Made by a program: the position numbers and the translations under genes. The notes below the pieces were generated by a model. It was given only the letters and a program-made list of their open reading frames with translations. It had not been told where the DNA came from and did not search any database. Below, piece by piece: positions 12,947 through 25,468 of a stretch of DNA of 64,000 nucleotides (within the stretch, counting starts at the first letter, position 1; each line of letters opens with the position of its first letter). Source of the DNA: Magallana gigas (Eukaryota); NCBI RefSeq assembly GCF_963853765.1, contig NC_088858.1, forward strand, positions 9,114,001-9,178,000, read 5' to 3'.

Positions 12947-13248
12947 GGATCCTCGACACCCCGTGACTCCTACTTTTTATGACAGTACGTCACAACATGA
13001 CGGTTTTAGGCATTGTGAAACAGTTTATACCACCAAGCTTTCTTGTATATCTCTATGTCCCGAGTTCGAAATCACGGGGTTTTATTTTTATGAACAGCGG
13101 TAAAAATTTTAAAAGTTGATTTTTTCCCCCAAAAAGTTAGATTTTTTGGATCATTTTCAAGTCGAAAACAAGCTAAAAATCCACATCTTTAAGTAATTTA
13201 GAAAAATAAGCTTGCAAGCAGAACTTTTTCCAGGTGTGTGGAGGACCC
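12947..13248. mobile_element. TTAA-flanked MITE (Kolobok/piggyBac-type target site)
   Basis: TTAA at 12943-12946 and 13249-13252. Imperfect TIR: GGATCCTCGACAC / GTGTGGAGGACCC. Confidence 0.6.
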
Positions 13249-14444
13249 TTAAGTACTAAAAGCGTTGGATCGGTGGTGTGTTTTAATCCCACAACGCATA
13301 ATCGCGAGAGGAAGTGGCAAACAATTCAATTTCTCTTTGGATGACTGCAATCCATACATCCTGTATTTTTTTTTTTCGTTTTGCTTCATTTTTGTTGACC
13401 TAAAAATAATTTCACACATGACTAATTTTTTATGAGGTGGTAAATAAACGATTTTTCTATTTGATTATCTTGAAAGGCGATTGACTTTAATTATCTTTGC
13501 GGAAATCTTTAAATTCTTTAAATACGTGCGTAAGTAATGCTATGTAGGGGCATAGGAAATACTGGAACATCGTATGTTCATGTGTGATTAAACTTGTTTT
13601 TTCTTCGACTGAAATCAAAATGTGTTGAAACAATTTTCCCAATTGAAAATCGTAGTTCAGGTAAGTGTAAAGGTCTGTGGGCCAAGAAGAATAGGGGCTT
13701 CAACTCATAGGGACAAAAGTTTTTAGGAATTGCGACGATTCTATTCTGAGAATCTGTACAGTATTTGATAATAAAATGCATTCTGAAAATTCTTTAAAAA
13801 GTACAAGTTTTAAGAATTTTTATTGGATTTTGAGAGATTTCAAATATTGTATGATTTTAAAACGGCGGTTACATTATAATATGGTGTACTTTCATCTACG
13901 TAAATAGACCATAGAAGTTAGGAGGGGTGAACAACACGCGTCAAATCGTTTAAACACGAGTACAAGGTATTTTTTTTTTAGTCCAGTAAAGAAAACTCTA
14001 CATATTTAGCAATATATAATGCAACCCTAAACCCAAACCCCAACTAATCAATTTGACCAGGAGGTACAACTTAATTAAATTAATAAAATTGATTGTTTAG
14101 AGATGTTGTGATACTTGATTTTGATCGAGTAAAATTGTTTTACTCCATCCCTTACCGAACTGATAATAAATATTGCATCAATTACGGCTTTCTATAGAAG
14201 TATAGTCCTTAACATGGCATGCATTCTTTCTTACAGCCGAGATCAAACAAACATACATATGTGGAGGCCATCCCATATAACAACAGCTTTGAAGTACTGC
14301 CTACCGCCCCTCGCGTGAAACTGGACTATAAAATATTGATATTTTTTGTTAAGCTAAATTTTAGCATTTCTTGATTATCCAACATCTGTGTAAAGTTTTA
14401 ATTGATTAGCCTCGTAGCGTTTCCTTGTGTCGCCAAGTTTATAA

Positions 14445-15694
14445 ATGTCTGCGCCAACTACTGAGGACTTTAGATCGCAGGGACTCGGTAAGTAACGTGG
14501 CTGACTTCTATTGTCTTTTTCCAAAAAAAATTTTAGATTTTTTAAAATCTAATCATTTTGTAAAAGACCGAATTTCAAACAACTGAGACTGCAAGAAGAG
14601 AACGAGTTAATGTTCCAAAATGTAGAGATATTCAAATCATTTGGTTCTCTTTTCAGTTCATTTCGCCCCAGCATACTCCTTACTTATTTTTGGGTCTTCA
14701 ACTTCACTTAGTAAACGCTTATGCGATTTCCTTCGACATGGACCAAGGAGGGGAGGTTGTCAAATCTATTGCCAAAGTGTACGTCGGGGGCTTGACGGAA
14801 AACGTGGAGAAATATCACTTGGAGGAGCTATTTGAACGATTTGGGTTAGTTAAAACAGTGTGGATTGCGAGGAATCCTCTTTCTAGGGGATATGCTTTTG
14901 TCACATTTTTCGATCCAAAACATGCAGAGGAGGCAGTTAAAGGATTAAACGGCACGGCCCTGCAAGGATCTAAACTGAAGGTGCAGCTGTCTAAAAATGA
15001 AATTGTGAAAGTAGAAAATGAACACAAAGACAGGGACAGAGACCCGAGGGACCACACCAACCAGCGGAGACATCGCTCGAGGGACCGGAACCAGTACATG
15101 GACCGGAAGCGAGGCAGGTCCGGGGATAGAGATAGATCTCCGATGGACAGGAAGTACGACGATGACCAAGACACACGTGATATCTCATCTCCGACCCTGG
15201 ACCCAGTAGTGATTCAGGAATCCCTGATGTTACGAGAGGCCGTGCTTCGGTCAGGCCTATCGCCGTATTCCTTCATTACAAACTCCCTTCTCCAAACCGC
15301 AGCCCTACCGAGTCTTCCACTTCCGTGTATGAAATCGCCCGCTTTTGGGACAACGTTAAATTACATGCCTTATCCCCACGTTGTGGGCGACACATTCGGT
15401 GACTTGCGCCGACACGGAGACATTTCTTCACAAATGGCCGGTCCGAATATTGTTCTACAGACTTCACGAACTGCTCCCCCCTCCGTTGCGTACACTACTG
15501 CCATGACAGGCATCCGGTCACCCTTCCTACAAGCTTCAACTGCTATTCCTACTCCACAATATCAAAACAGGATTAATCGTACGACTTCGTCTATGAAGCC
15601 ATCTGAATTCATCCCCAGCGGTTGTACCAGTGATCCGGTCCCGCAGATAGGTGTGTGTACATCGCAGGGAAACGAAACTGGCTATCCTTGCTGA
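14445..15694 (+). CDS. SRSF3/SRSF7 (SRp20/9G8/RBP1)-like RRM protein with a short RD/RS segment and a long P/S/T-rich tail
   Basis: Uninterrupted ORF 14690-15694. RRM KVYVGGL...VWIARNPLSRGYAFVTF resembles SRSF3 KVYVGNL...VWVARNPPGFAFVEF. Candidate first exon 14445-14487 (ATG, MSAPTTEDFRSQGL, donor GTAAGT at 14488) joins in phase 1 to the TAG acceptor ending 14711. The first Met of the large exon (MDQGG) is an alternative start. AATAAA at about 15997-16002. Confidence 0.8.
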
Positions 15695-16589
15695 GAGCCT
15701 CCAGACTTATCTAAGACAGTAAAAGCAGCTAGTTTGTATTTTTTCTTTTACAAATGACGAATTTATGGAACTTAATTGTCTTCTTTTGCTATTGTCATAC
15801 TGTAAATTTTTAATTTACTGGATGTGTGTAATTATGAAATATTTATACAAAATGACAAAATTTTGTATTTACACTCACCCAGAAAAACTTAAAATTTACA
15901 ATATGACACTATATATACCAGTATTTTATAGATATGATCGATGAAGTCATATGTTACTGTCAACCTAATGATATAATTATGAAAATATGAAAACTCAATA
16001 AAGTATGGCATGCGCATTTTTTTGTCTTAATAAATTCCGTTTTGAACTATTGATTTTGTGACCTAGCCGTCAGCCTGTTGGCTCACCGTATGCATTCCCC
16101 TGACCAACCTAATCGGATTAGAGTTTTTCTTTTGTCATACAGAGTTAAACAGCTTGGTCCGATGAATTATTGGATAAACAATTTATCATTCATAAATATC
16201 TTAACGTATTCAAAGGACGACTCGTTTGTAGACTTCGACAGTTGCGACAGCTGGACCCGTATCAAAATGCCCAAACAAATAGATATCGAACACTTTCACC
16301 CCCATTGCACGTTCTGAGATGTGGTCTACCTTGTAACCTTGTCCTTACATGCCAGTTATGTGCATATTTAAGGAAAATGATTAATTTATTTTTTTGAACG
16401 AGTAACATGTCCCGACGACCAGGTTATGACGTTTTTTTTGGCTTCTATAACAAATACAATTAATGTCGTCCTAAAGCTGCTGACATTTCTCAAAGAGTTC
16501 CAAGTCGTACAGTAATTATAAGATTATGACTGTATTTTAAAATATATATATATACATATTTTGACAAGAAACATTGCACATAAACCTTA

Positions 16590-17504
16590 TTAATCGTGTT
16601 TACATTCACCATGTTCTTTTTTGTTATTGCGTTTTTGGTAATCCTCAAACAAAGGGTCATAGTACATTGGTAATGGGGCTGGAACAAAGACAGACAATAT
16701 CCAGTACTTCCCAAATATGTCGACAAAGTTTCTATAGTAGGATTTCCCCGTATGCCTGGCTATACCCCTTCTTGCTTCGTGTGTCGTCTGCCCAGAAATC
16801 ACAAGGAGCACGTGCCAGAACCACAACGAGGCTGCAATCATCCCAGCAGTCAGCGAACAATACATCAAGATTACCAGAAACAAGAACTTCTCGTTGGGAT
16901 AGTGTTCTGTCAAGAATCCATAAACTAAATCGTATATAATTGTAATGAAGGTTTGTGGTCCATAAAATGTCGTGTTGAACAGCAACTTCAGGTACATCAC
17001 AATCAGAAACATGCCATAGAATGTTCCCACCATCATGTAGAAACAAAACATCACGAAGTATCTGTGGTTAAAGTACCCTATACAGACGGTCATGAAAAAG
17101 CAGTGGTGGTCCCGCTTCAGAACACAAGCCTCGCACAGATAGCAGTGATGGGTTCTGGCGGGAACAGCCTCGTGACACACGGCGCAGTTTTTGAATTCCT
17201 TGGTCTTCAGTACTTTTTTCTTCAATTCTTGACTTAGTCGGTGGATACTCGTATTCGTTCCCAGAATAAGGACACAGTTCCCCATGGCGTTCATGAAGAC
17301 GAAAGAGATCACAATTTTATGGGATGTGATGGAGTCCGGTTTGTGTGGGTACAGGTTTGGCAAGATCTCAAACCACGCAAGCGCCGTGACTGTAAAAGTC
17401 ACCACCAGGAAATACAGCATGCAAAAGATGCTGCCTAGCGCCATCAGGCGGGTTTGAACCTTGGTCCCCCGACATCGGCACAGTATTCTGATCGCCTGTA
17501 TCAT
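16590..17504 (-). CDS. DHHC-type palmitoyltransferase, most like the ZDHHC22/24 group; single coding exon
   Basis: 304-aa ORF with the cysteine-rich domain CAVCHEAVPARTHHCYLCEACVLKRDHHCFFMTVCIG and about 4 hydrophobic segments. A splice acceptor (TGTTTACTGTTTACAG) lies 9 nt before the ATG, implying an upstream non-coding exon. Confidence 0.9.
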   Translation of the reverse strand: MIQAIRILCRCRGTKVQTRLMALGSIFCMLYFLVVTFTVTALAWFEILPNLYPHKPDSITSHKIVISFVFMNAMGNCVLILGTNTSIHRLSQELKKKVLKTKEFKNCAVCHEAVPARTHHCYLCEACVLKRDHHCFFMTVCIGYFNHRYFVMFCFYMMVGTFYGMFLIVMYLKLLFNTTFYGPQTFITIIYDLVYGFLTEHYPNEKFLFLVILMYCSLTAGMIAASLWFWHVLLVISGQTTHEARRGIARHTGKSYYRNFVDIFGKYWILSVFVPAPLPMYYDPLFEDYQKRNNKKEHGECKHD

Positions 17505-17971
17505 TGCTGGTTTCTGTAAACAGTAAACAGAGACATGTCGTTCTTATAGAATTCAACAAGTTGAGTCTCATTTAAATGGAAAAGATTTACAACCGCTGTC
17601 TAAACACCGGAGTTTAAGACTTTAGTAACCAATATTTAAACCCCTTCTTCAATTCAATAAGTAAACACTACTGGTAGTTTAAACCAACTGTCATTTATCA
17701 CCAACAGGGACCCGTGAGAACCTCTTAATTATAATCAATAACAAAGTTCTTATCCTCTACATGGGTAGCTTGTGTGCAATGGTTTATAGGTAATCGATAG
17801 GACAATCAAAGTTCTAACCGGTCGTCAGCCGTTCTGATGTCTGTTTTAGAATAAATTGTCGTTAATAAATTTCGTTCTTAAGACTTAAATTTTGGGAATA
17901 CTTGCTGCAAAAGAGTAGGGAGTGTTAAAATATAGTTAAAATATAGTTAAAATAGTTAACCTGCGTCAATA

Positions 17972-18838
17972 TAGCTTTTCTGTTCACATTTTGTCCAGTG
18001 TCCGTCTGTCCGTCTTTAAACTTTTTAGATTTTCGACTTGTTCTCTAGAACCACTGGGCCAATTTAAGCCAAACTTTGCACAAGGCATTCTTAGGTGAAG
18101 GGGATTCAAGTCAGTTAGAATAAAGGGCAACGCCCTCTTTCAGGGGGATATTATTAAGAATTACTAATTTGTTGGTATCTTTAAAAAAAAGCTGTAACTT
18201 GTGTGGAAGCAACCTCAGGTAGTCGGTATAGTAGATTCAAGTTTGTTCACCATGATCCCCTGGGTAGGGTGGGGCCACCATGGAGGTCGAATTTTTATTT
18301 TACATAGGAATGCATAGAGAAATATCTTCTTTTCGAAAATCAATTAACCAGAAAAGCTGTAACTTTTATGTAGTGTTATATATGAAGAGAATTCTTTAAA
18401 AATAAAATAAAATGGATGAGACCACAATGGGGATTGGGGTGTCAATATTTACATGGGAAACAAGTTCTCAAAAAAAATATAGTATTATTACTATTAAGCA
18501 AGTGTATTGACATTTCTTGATTATAAGTTGTTTATACTGTGCATGGTCTTTAATTATTCTTGGGCCACACAAGGGGTTCAAAGTTTGATGTAGGTTTTAT
18601 ATTTAATGAACAGTTGTTTAAGATCTTTTTGAAAATGGCATGCAATCTCAATATGTTATATACCTATGAATTCATCCAGGTAAAAAGGGGCTCAACATAA
18701 GTACATTTTGAAAATCTTTAACACAGAATCTATTTTAATTCTCAGCCTTTGTCCCGATATTCTGGATATGCCTTCATCAACGCTGATTTTATTATGTATA
18801 TTGTTAATCGGTGAGCGATGAGGCCCATGTGCCTCTTT
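17972..18838 (+). mobile_element. Non-autonomous Helitron/Helentron-like element with Cg170-satellite-like internal units
   Basis: GTCCGTCTGTCCGTC microsatellite near the 5' end, AGAACCACTGGGCCAATTT..CCAAACTT..CACAA core, and 3' end GGTGAGCGATGAGGCCCATGTGCCTCTT, all resembling recalled oyster elements. Confidence 0.7.
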
Positions 18839-19964
18839 TTTAAAAATATTTAATTAACCATACTATCAATTATAACTTGCATTTAATTTTGAAAAAAAAT
18901 GTATGTTCAAATCTACACAAACAAAACACGTAAATTATACATTAGGCCTAACTGGTTACATATAACTTTTTTTTTACTCTTTTCGTTGGGTAAACAGGCT
19001 AAAAGAATCTAATTTCAATGGTTTACGTGCTGCATCTGTATAACTGAATGCGTTGAATTAAATTTTCTCTATTGTTCATTCAGGACATTCAGAGTCTACA
19101 TATCTTATAGACTTTTAGGCAGGGGTGTAAATAACTTCCTGCTTTTATAGCTGTTTAGGTCTTCGATTAGGATTACATATATATCTAATCTGTAGCTGGC
19201 GAGATTGTTCAGATTAGATTATCGGTTAAGAACGAAAGAAAAGGTTATACCGTCTCTACGTAAAAAATCTAATACTAGAAAATTAGATATGAACAATGAC
19301 TGGTATATTAAATCAGAGATTAATTAAGGTCAAGATCTAGTAAATGAAAGGTGCCTACAGGTTTATGAAATTCAAGATATAATTTTTTTTAATGATACTT
19401 CATAACAATATCTTTGTTTCATAGGGTGTACCGGGGCTTAAAATTTTGGTAAACGCAATGAAAAATCGTCTTTTAATCAACCATTTTCTATGAAATATGA
19501 AGGATAAAATTAAAAAATCTCGGAGTTTTGTCCGTTTTTGACTAATGAAATATAATATCTAGAATGTCTACACTCTCTCCAAAAACGACATTAAACAAGC
19601 TTTTGATCTCCTCTTTAAAATGATTTCAAATTGAATATAGCTACCGGGATTACTTTTCCCGAGATTAAATATAGAATGTCAAAAATTGTTTTATTTTTTA
19701 CATAATTCCTTTAAAGCCGTAAAATATGGGAAAAGTTTCATCAAAGCAATTATGACGTCATAATGGTTCTGGCACCAAAAAGACAGTCTGGAATCATTTA
19801 CTATTTTTTTTTTTATAGATCTTTACCTTAAATCATAATTTTTGCTAAAATGTTCCCGGGGTTTTATCACAAGGGTTTATTTTCTACAAAACCAATGATT
19901 TTAGCGTGACTCGTACCGATTCCAACCACAGGTGCCTGAGTACCGATCCACACCCCTTCCACTC

Positions 19965-20104
19965 CCGCCCTCAACTATAGACCCCGAATCTTTACTCTTT
20001 GTTTCTTTATTTTTCTTTATAAAAGTATACTATTATTAGAAATGTCTTTAAGGGATACTTTAATGAAAAATAAGTAAGGACCCAGGGTCTATACTTGAGG
20101 GCGG
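19965..20104. repeat. 140-bp imperfect palindrome (MITE-like) just upstream of CHAC2
   Basis: CCGCCCTCAACTATAGACCC (19965-19984) pairs with GGGTCTATACTTGAGGGCGG (20085-20104), one mismatch. T-rich and A-rich inner arms are also roughly complementary. Confidence 0.7.
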
Positions 20105-20266
20105 AAGGATGGAAGGGGGAGGGTCGGTCATGTCCTCAAGCTCCTGTGATCCCAGGAATGGTTCCGCTCTTTAGCGTATGCGAATTCGGGGCCTTCGTTA
20201 AATAGTCCGCACAGCTGATTGTTGTAAACATCCGGTGCGTGACAAACTGTCGTTGCGGAGAAAATC

Positions 20267-22788
20267 ATGTGGGTCTTTGGATATGGATCCCTAATATGGA
20301 AAGTGGACTTCCCAGTTAAACGACAGGTGGTGGGGTTTATCAAGGGGTACCAGAGAAGATTCTGGCAGGGAAGCACGGATCATCGCGGGGTCCCGGGAAA
20401 GGTGGGATTGTCCTAAATACAATCATGTCCTAAATAGAAAATTCTAGACTGGTATTGTGCTTTTAAATACTTATTCTTTTGTTAACTTGGCATGGCAGAT
20501 ACGGGAACATCTCGTGATTTTTTCTCCTACATTCATTATACCTTTTCCTTGGTAAAACAAATTTTACACTGAAATTTAATAAATTCATTGATTCATCATG
20601 TTCATTGGTGCCAGATTTATTAGCCGAGTTGCAGTTTCATCATCCTGCTAAACGATTAATTAGAACACTCGATCTACTCAACCAATTTACATTGAGTGTC
20701 GTGAAGAATGATTGAAATCTATATTGTACAATTTATTCCAATACTGTAAAGTCATTTAAAGTGCTTGTGTGCCATGCCAAATTCACAAAAATTAGCTAAA
20801 CATAGTTTAACATATGATAAATTGGATTTATCGAATGATAATTATTGTATACGAACTGCAAACTATAATTAACGATTCACTAACTATAGTTTTCATCTGC
20901 AAAACTATATTTAAATAGAGACATGAATAACTTTGGGTAAGAGTTGTTGATCAAAGTTTACACTCTTGAAACTATATTTATTAAATAAATTTTGTTTTGC
21001 AATCTCAAATGGTTGTTTTCAGTGTAAATGATAGTTTTACACTTGTGAATCATAGATGATCATTAAATATTGTTATTTAACAGTTTATTAACGATTCGTT
21101 TACTATAATTAACGATCCGTTTACTTTAGTTTTTATCTGCAAAACCATATTTAACAGTTGTAAACTATAGTTTACAAATGATAATCTAAGTTTATCTGTC
21201 TGCAAGTAACGTTAACAATAGATTTGGCTGTTAAATCTGTAAACTGTAATTTGCATTCGCTAACTATGGTTAAGAGTTGTTAATCATAGTTTCACACTCT
21301 TGAAACTATATTCATCAGATAAACTATGTTTTGCAATAGCAAATGGTTGTTTTCAGTGTTAATGATACTTTTACACTTCTGAAACACAGATGATCACGTT
21401 AACTATGGTTTACAGATGTAAAACATAGATTATCGTCGTTAACTATAGTTTTCTGTCCGTAAACTATAGTTTACAACCATTAAACCTAGTTTATCGACTG
21501 TGAAACTATGATTAGCTGATTTTTGTGAATTTGGCGTGCCATAGGTTTGATGGATGTGGTCATCTTTAGACTTTATTTAATTGCCTTGTGAAGAAGAGCT
21601 CTAGATAAAGATATCAAAAAACATCCAAAATTAAAGCTAGAATATTTGGATTTTTTCTTTACTTAATGAAAATTTATGTTTAAAGTTTTGAAGAAGTTGT
21701 TGGCTGCATTTTACAAAAGAATGTAAGACCTGACCAAATTAATGAATACTAATGATTTATTCTTATGGCTGGAAAATACAATTATGGGAATCGGAATATT
21801 TGTAAACAAATGGTTTTATGTTGATATTTTTCTTTAAAGATAATTTTACGAGACCGTAAATATTTACGACTTTGTCGTATAAGTTCTTTTGTAAAACTCA
21901 GCCCTGAGGAATAATTTGATGACCATGCAGCCTCTATTGACCAATATAAAGACACATATTTAAAAAAAAAGTAGACTGTTAGTTAATACTCTTAAATATT
22001 TAACGAGTTGATACACAAAATTTTGTATTTAGTACATGCATACCCTAAATATAACATACATCTTGGATATTTTTCTTCTTCATTGACAGCCCGGCCGAGT
22101 TGTCACTCTAATAAAGTCAGAAGATCCAGAGGTGAGAAAGCATTTAAATCACCTTCTCCAAATCTTTTTGTTACAATAGTTTTATTTCTTAATATTTTGA
22201 TTTCTTTTGTTTATTTACATGTGTATAAGTTGTCTTCTCTTCCCCAAATATAAATGTGTGAAAGTTGGACTTGGTAAATTTTAAAAAGGGTAATTTTTAC
22301 CTTTTTTTTCTCATATCAACTGAGTTTTATCTTCCAGTATGTTACAACAACTGATAAACAAGTTTTATAACTTATATTCTCTATTTTCTATTTATCTTTT
22401 ACAACTTTTTTCTATTTCTTACTATTTTTTTAATTTATTTACTACTGAAGTTAGGACCAGTAGAAACTTAGAAATGGCTATTAAAGGTTACTTCTCCAAA
22501 AACTTTAAACAGCCCCAAAAAACCTTAACCTCCTACAGCATTCATGTCCCAGATTCAGCATCAAATTCTTTCAAGTTCAAAAGTAGGTCCAGATGCATCA
22601 TCCATGCAAGTTTATTGAAGATAGGACAAGAAATACCGGTAACTTAGATACTGGTCCTGCACCAAAAACTTAAACCAGGTCTGGACGCCAACGTCGACAC
22701 CCGGAGTATAGCACAAGCTCCCCCAGACTTAATCCGGGTGAGCTAAAAATTGAAAATAAGGTTGGGTGTTTTAAAAATCTTTTTCTAA

Positions 22789-22821
<33 letters not shown>

Positions 22822-23879
22822 TCAAAACATTCATGGGGAAGGGCTTTGAAAGTTTGTTCAAAACAAAGGCCAGTTCTTTAACCGGCGATAATCAAGAAAT
22901 AATGAAGATCCGATGAGGAAATTTAATCTTCTCCTGAATCAAGTAGTCCATGATAACTAAAATTTTCATTAGCTTTCTGATATATAGTAGATGTAAATGT
23001 TTTCAAATCATGACCCTAGGGGGTCAGGAAAGGACCCTAACAGCTTCAAAATTTCATTTAAAAAAAAGTTTTAATTTAGTTAAACATGAATACTTCTTAT
23101 ACAGTATCAAAATATCATGCTAGAAGGTAGATGTCTAAAAATCAGCAATTTTTATTCATTTAAATGGTAACTGAGTTTTGGCTAATGTGCATCTATTTAG
23201 GCCTGAAAAAAAGTTGTGTGTTTAGGGTAACCCGACCTAACCTACAAAAATGCCTCGATCCTACCATTTTTAGATGTTTATTTTTATCCAATTGTGATTT
23301 TTATATTATTTCTATTAAAAACCCATTATTGAATATGACACCAACATACATTCTTAGGATTCATGCAGAAAAAAAATATGATAAAATAAAAAAGATTCCC
23401 TTCCTACCTAACCTAATTTTTTCATCAGTGTTACCCTAAACACACAATTTTTTAAATAGGCCTTAGCAAGAGTGGTTTTGTTATTTTGGATGATCTCCTT
23501 TCAGGATGAAGTGTGGGGAGTAGCTTATGAGATCGCAAAAGATGATGCAGAGTCAGTGAGAGCTCATCTAGATCACAGGGAAAAAGGAGGTTACTCATCA
23601 GTCACTGAGTTATTTCACCCTGATGATGACACACCAGAACCATTCCAGTTGACAATTTACCTGGCCACAGAATCTAATAGTAATTATCTAGGACCTGCAC
23701 CACTGACAAACATCGCCAGACAAATCACAACCTCTGTGGGACCAAGCGGGAAAAACATAGAATATTTGTTAAATCTAGCAGACGCCATGAGAAAAATTTC
23801 TCCCCATGTTCATGATCCCCATCTGTTTGAACTGGAGGCTGAAGTTTTAAAACTTTGTGATACTTTAAGAGACTCGTGA
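20267..23879 (+). CDS. CHAC2: Glutathione-specific gamma-glutamylcyclotransferase (ChaC family, CHAC2-like), 183 aa
   Basis: Exons 20267-20401 ([16 protein letters not shown]...[16 protein letters not shown]), 22090-22131 ([14 protein letters not shown]), 23505-23879 (VWGVAY...LDHREKGGY...[14 protein letters not shown]). All junctions are phase 0 with GT-AG. Confidence 0.95.
20768..21543. mobile_element. TIR element with an internal roughly 330-bp duplication and AACTATAGTT palindromic motifs
   Basis: About 38-bp TIR: GCCATGCCAAATTCACAAAAATTAGCTAAACATAGTTT / AAACTATGATTAGCTGATTTTTGTGAATTTGGCGTGCC. The block GAGTTGTT...CACTCTTGAAACTATATT...AATGGTTGTTTTCAGTG occurs at about 20940 and about 21270. 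Confidence 0.7.
22640..23160. mobile_element. Helentron/Cg170-like fragments in CHAC2 intron 2
   Basis: GGTGAGCTAAAAA terminus at about 22738-22750 and an AGAACCACTTGGCCAATTTCAACCAAACTTGGC core at about 22790. Confidence 0.5.
23200..23462. mobile_element. MITE with TTA target duplication (PIF/Harbinger-like)
   Basis: TTA|GGCCTGAAAAAAAGTTGTGTGTTTAGGGTAAC ... GTTACCCTAAACACACAATTTTTTAAATAGGCC|TTA. Confidence 0.75.
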
Positions 23880-24215
23880 TATGGTATTCTTGCATATTTG
23901 GAGGGTTGATAATCTCTAGCTAAGTCATCAAATGTTAGGTTAAACTAATGTTTTTTTTGTTGGTTATGTGCAAAATGATATGTTTTTAACTGTGTTCATT
24001 CATGATTATTGTAATAAAACAATGAAATGTACAAATAAATATTTTATTCAGTTTTAAGTATACAAATTTGTAAAAAGTTTAACATTGTTACCTGATTATT
24101 TGTAAAAGATTGAATGTGTTAAATTGAGACTATTTTAAAGCACCTTTCATCTATACATAAGAGATATTGCACATAAAAGGAAGACTGTTAACAATCCATA
24201 GGGATGGAAAGGGTC

Positions 24216-25468
24216 ATTAGAACCAATTTAACTAGAGCTTGGACTTTGGGCAGTAGATGACAAACTCCGATTTGATGAAGGCAGGGTCTACTCATGGTTA
24301 ACTGTCCAGTCACTGGTTAATAGATATGAATACATTGTACGCAATGACACTTGCCCGCCTTCATCCAGGTCTGTATATTTCAATTGAAATAAAATCAATT
24401 TCACACAATAGAGCAGTTCTTGGGGGGAAAAAAACTTCTGATTTTTGGGAGTTGATTTTAATCAATTCTCCTATGCACTTACTCTGGAAAACCGAAAGTG
24501 AAACAGAGTTTAGACCTAAGCACAAGTCATCACCGCTGACAAGACTTAGTTCTTGAAAATAATGGAAAAATTTGATGTAATGTATGCTGAAGCATTGTTT
24601 TTCAAGGAAACTTATCTATAAACACTTTGAAAATAGTCAGATTTTATATAATACGAACAATTTAGATATTTTTGTAGTCTCGTGTTCCTACGCCAGAGTT
24701 TAATAAAGTCTCGTTCAACCAGACGCTCTGCTGTCTCCGTAAATCTCCGACAAGCAGAGAGGCTCTCTTGCTTGTCAGAGATTAATGGAGACAGTCGAGC
24801 GTCTGGTTGAACGAGACTAGAATTCAATATCAATAGTGCCTGGATCCATATGATTCTTAGAATTGTTTCGATTACTAATACATAGTTTGAAATCTATATT
24901 TAAATATAACACAACATGATTCATATGAGGTTTCTTGAAATTCTGGTCGGAAAAGTCTAAAAATTCATAAAATAAAAAAAAGCGGAATTCAAATACAGAC
25001 TGGAAACTAATTGCCATGCAAGATAAGTTGATTTTAAAATAAATGATAATCGATAAAGTCAACTCCCTTCAGTACTTCAGTACATTGTTTAAAGTCTGTG
25101 AATATTAGAACCATTTTAACAAAACCTTGGACTTTCAATAGGACGTAGCTACCTATTTCTTGTGTCAAAACAGTTAAAAATGACACTGAATTAGAGCAAA
25201 ATATGCACCAATTGCATAGTCTTAGCTAAAGAACCATACAAATTGTGTTGATTTCAAAGAGCCAAGGCTGAGTGGCCAATGATGAAATAGACAGGGCTAC
25301 GTCATAATGCTGTTTGACACAACTTTACAAAGTCCAAGTTCCTGTTAAAATGGTTCTTAGTGGATTAAAAGAATGGTCAATATTTCACAGCATGTTTTGG
25401 TGAGTAAACTATCTACACTGGTAGTTAGACCCACCCAAAGTCCAAGCTTTTGTTAAAACGGCTCTAAT
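24216..25468. mobile_element. Two nested copies of one TIR family between the CHAC2 and NAA80 3' ends
   Basis: Terminus ATTAGA(A/G)CC.TTTAAC....(G/C)CTTGGACTTT occurs at 24216 and 25104, and inverted ending at 25361 and 25468. Confidence 0.6.

Noticed and set aside
14815-15467. Antisense and alternate-frame ORFs over the RRM gene
   Set aside because: Expected by-products of a GC-rich coding sequence; no independent signals.
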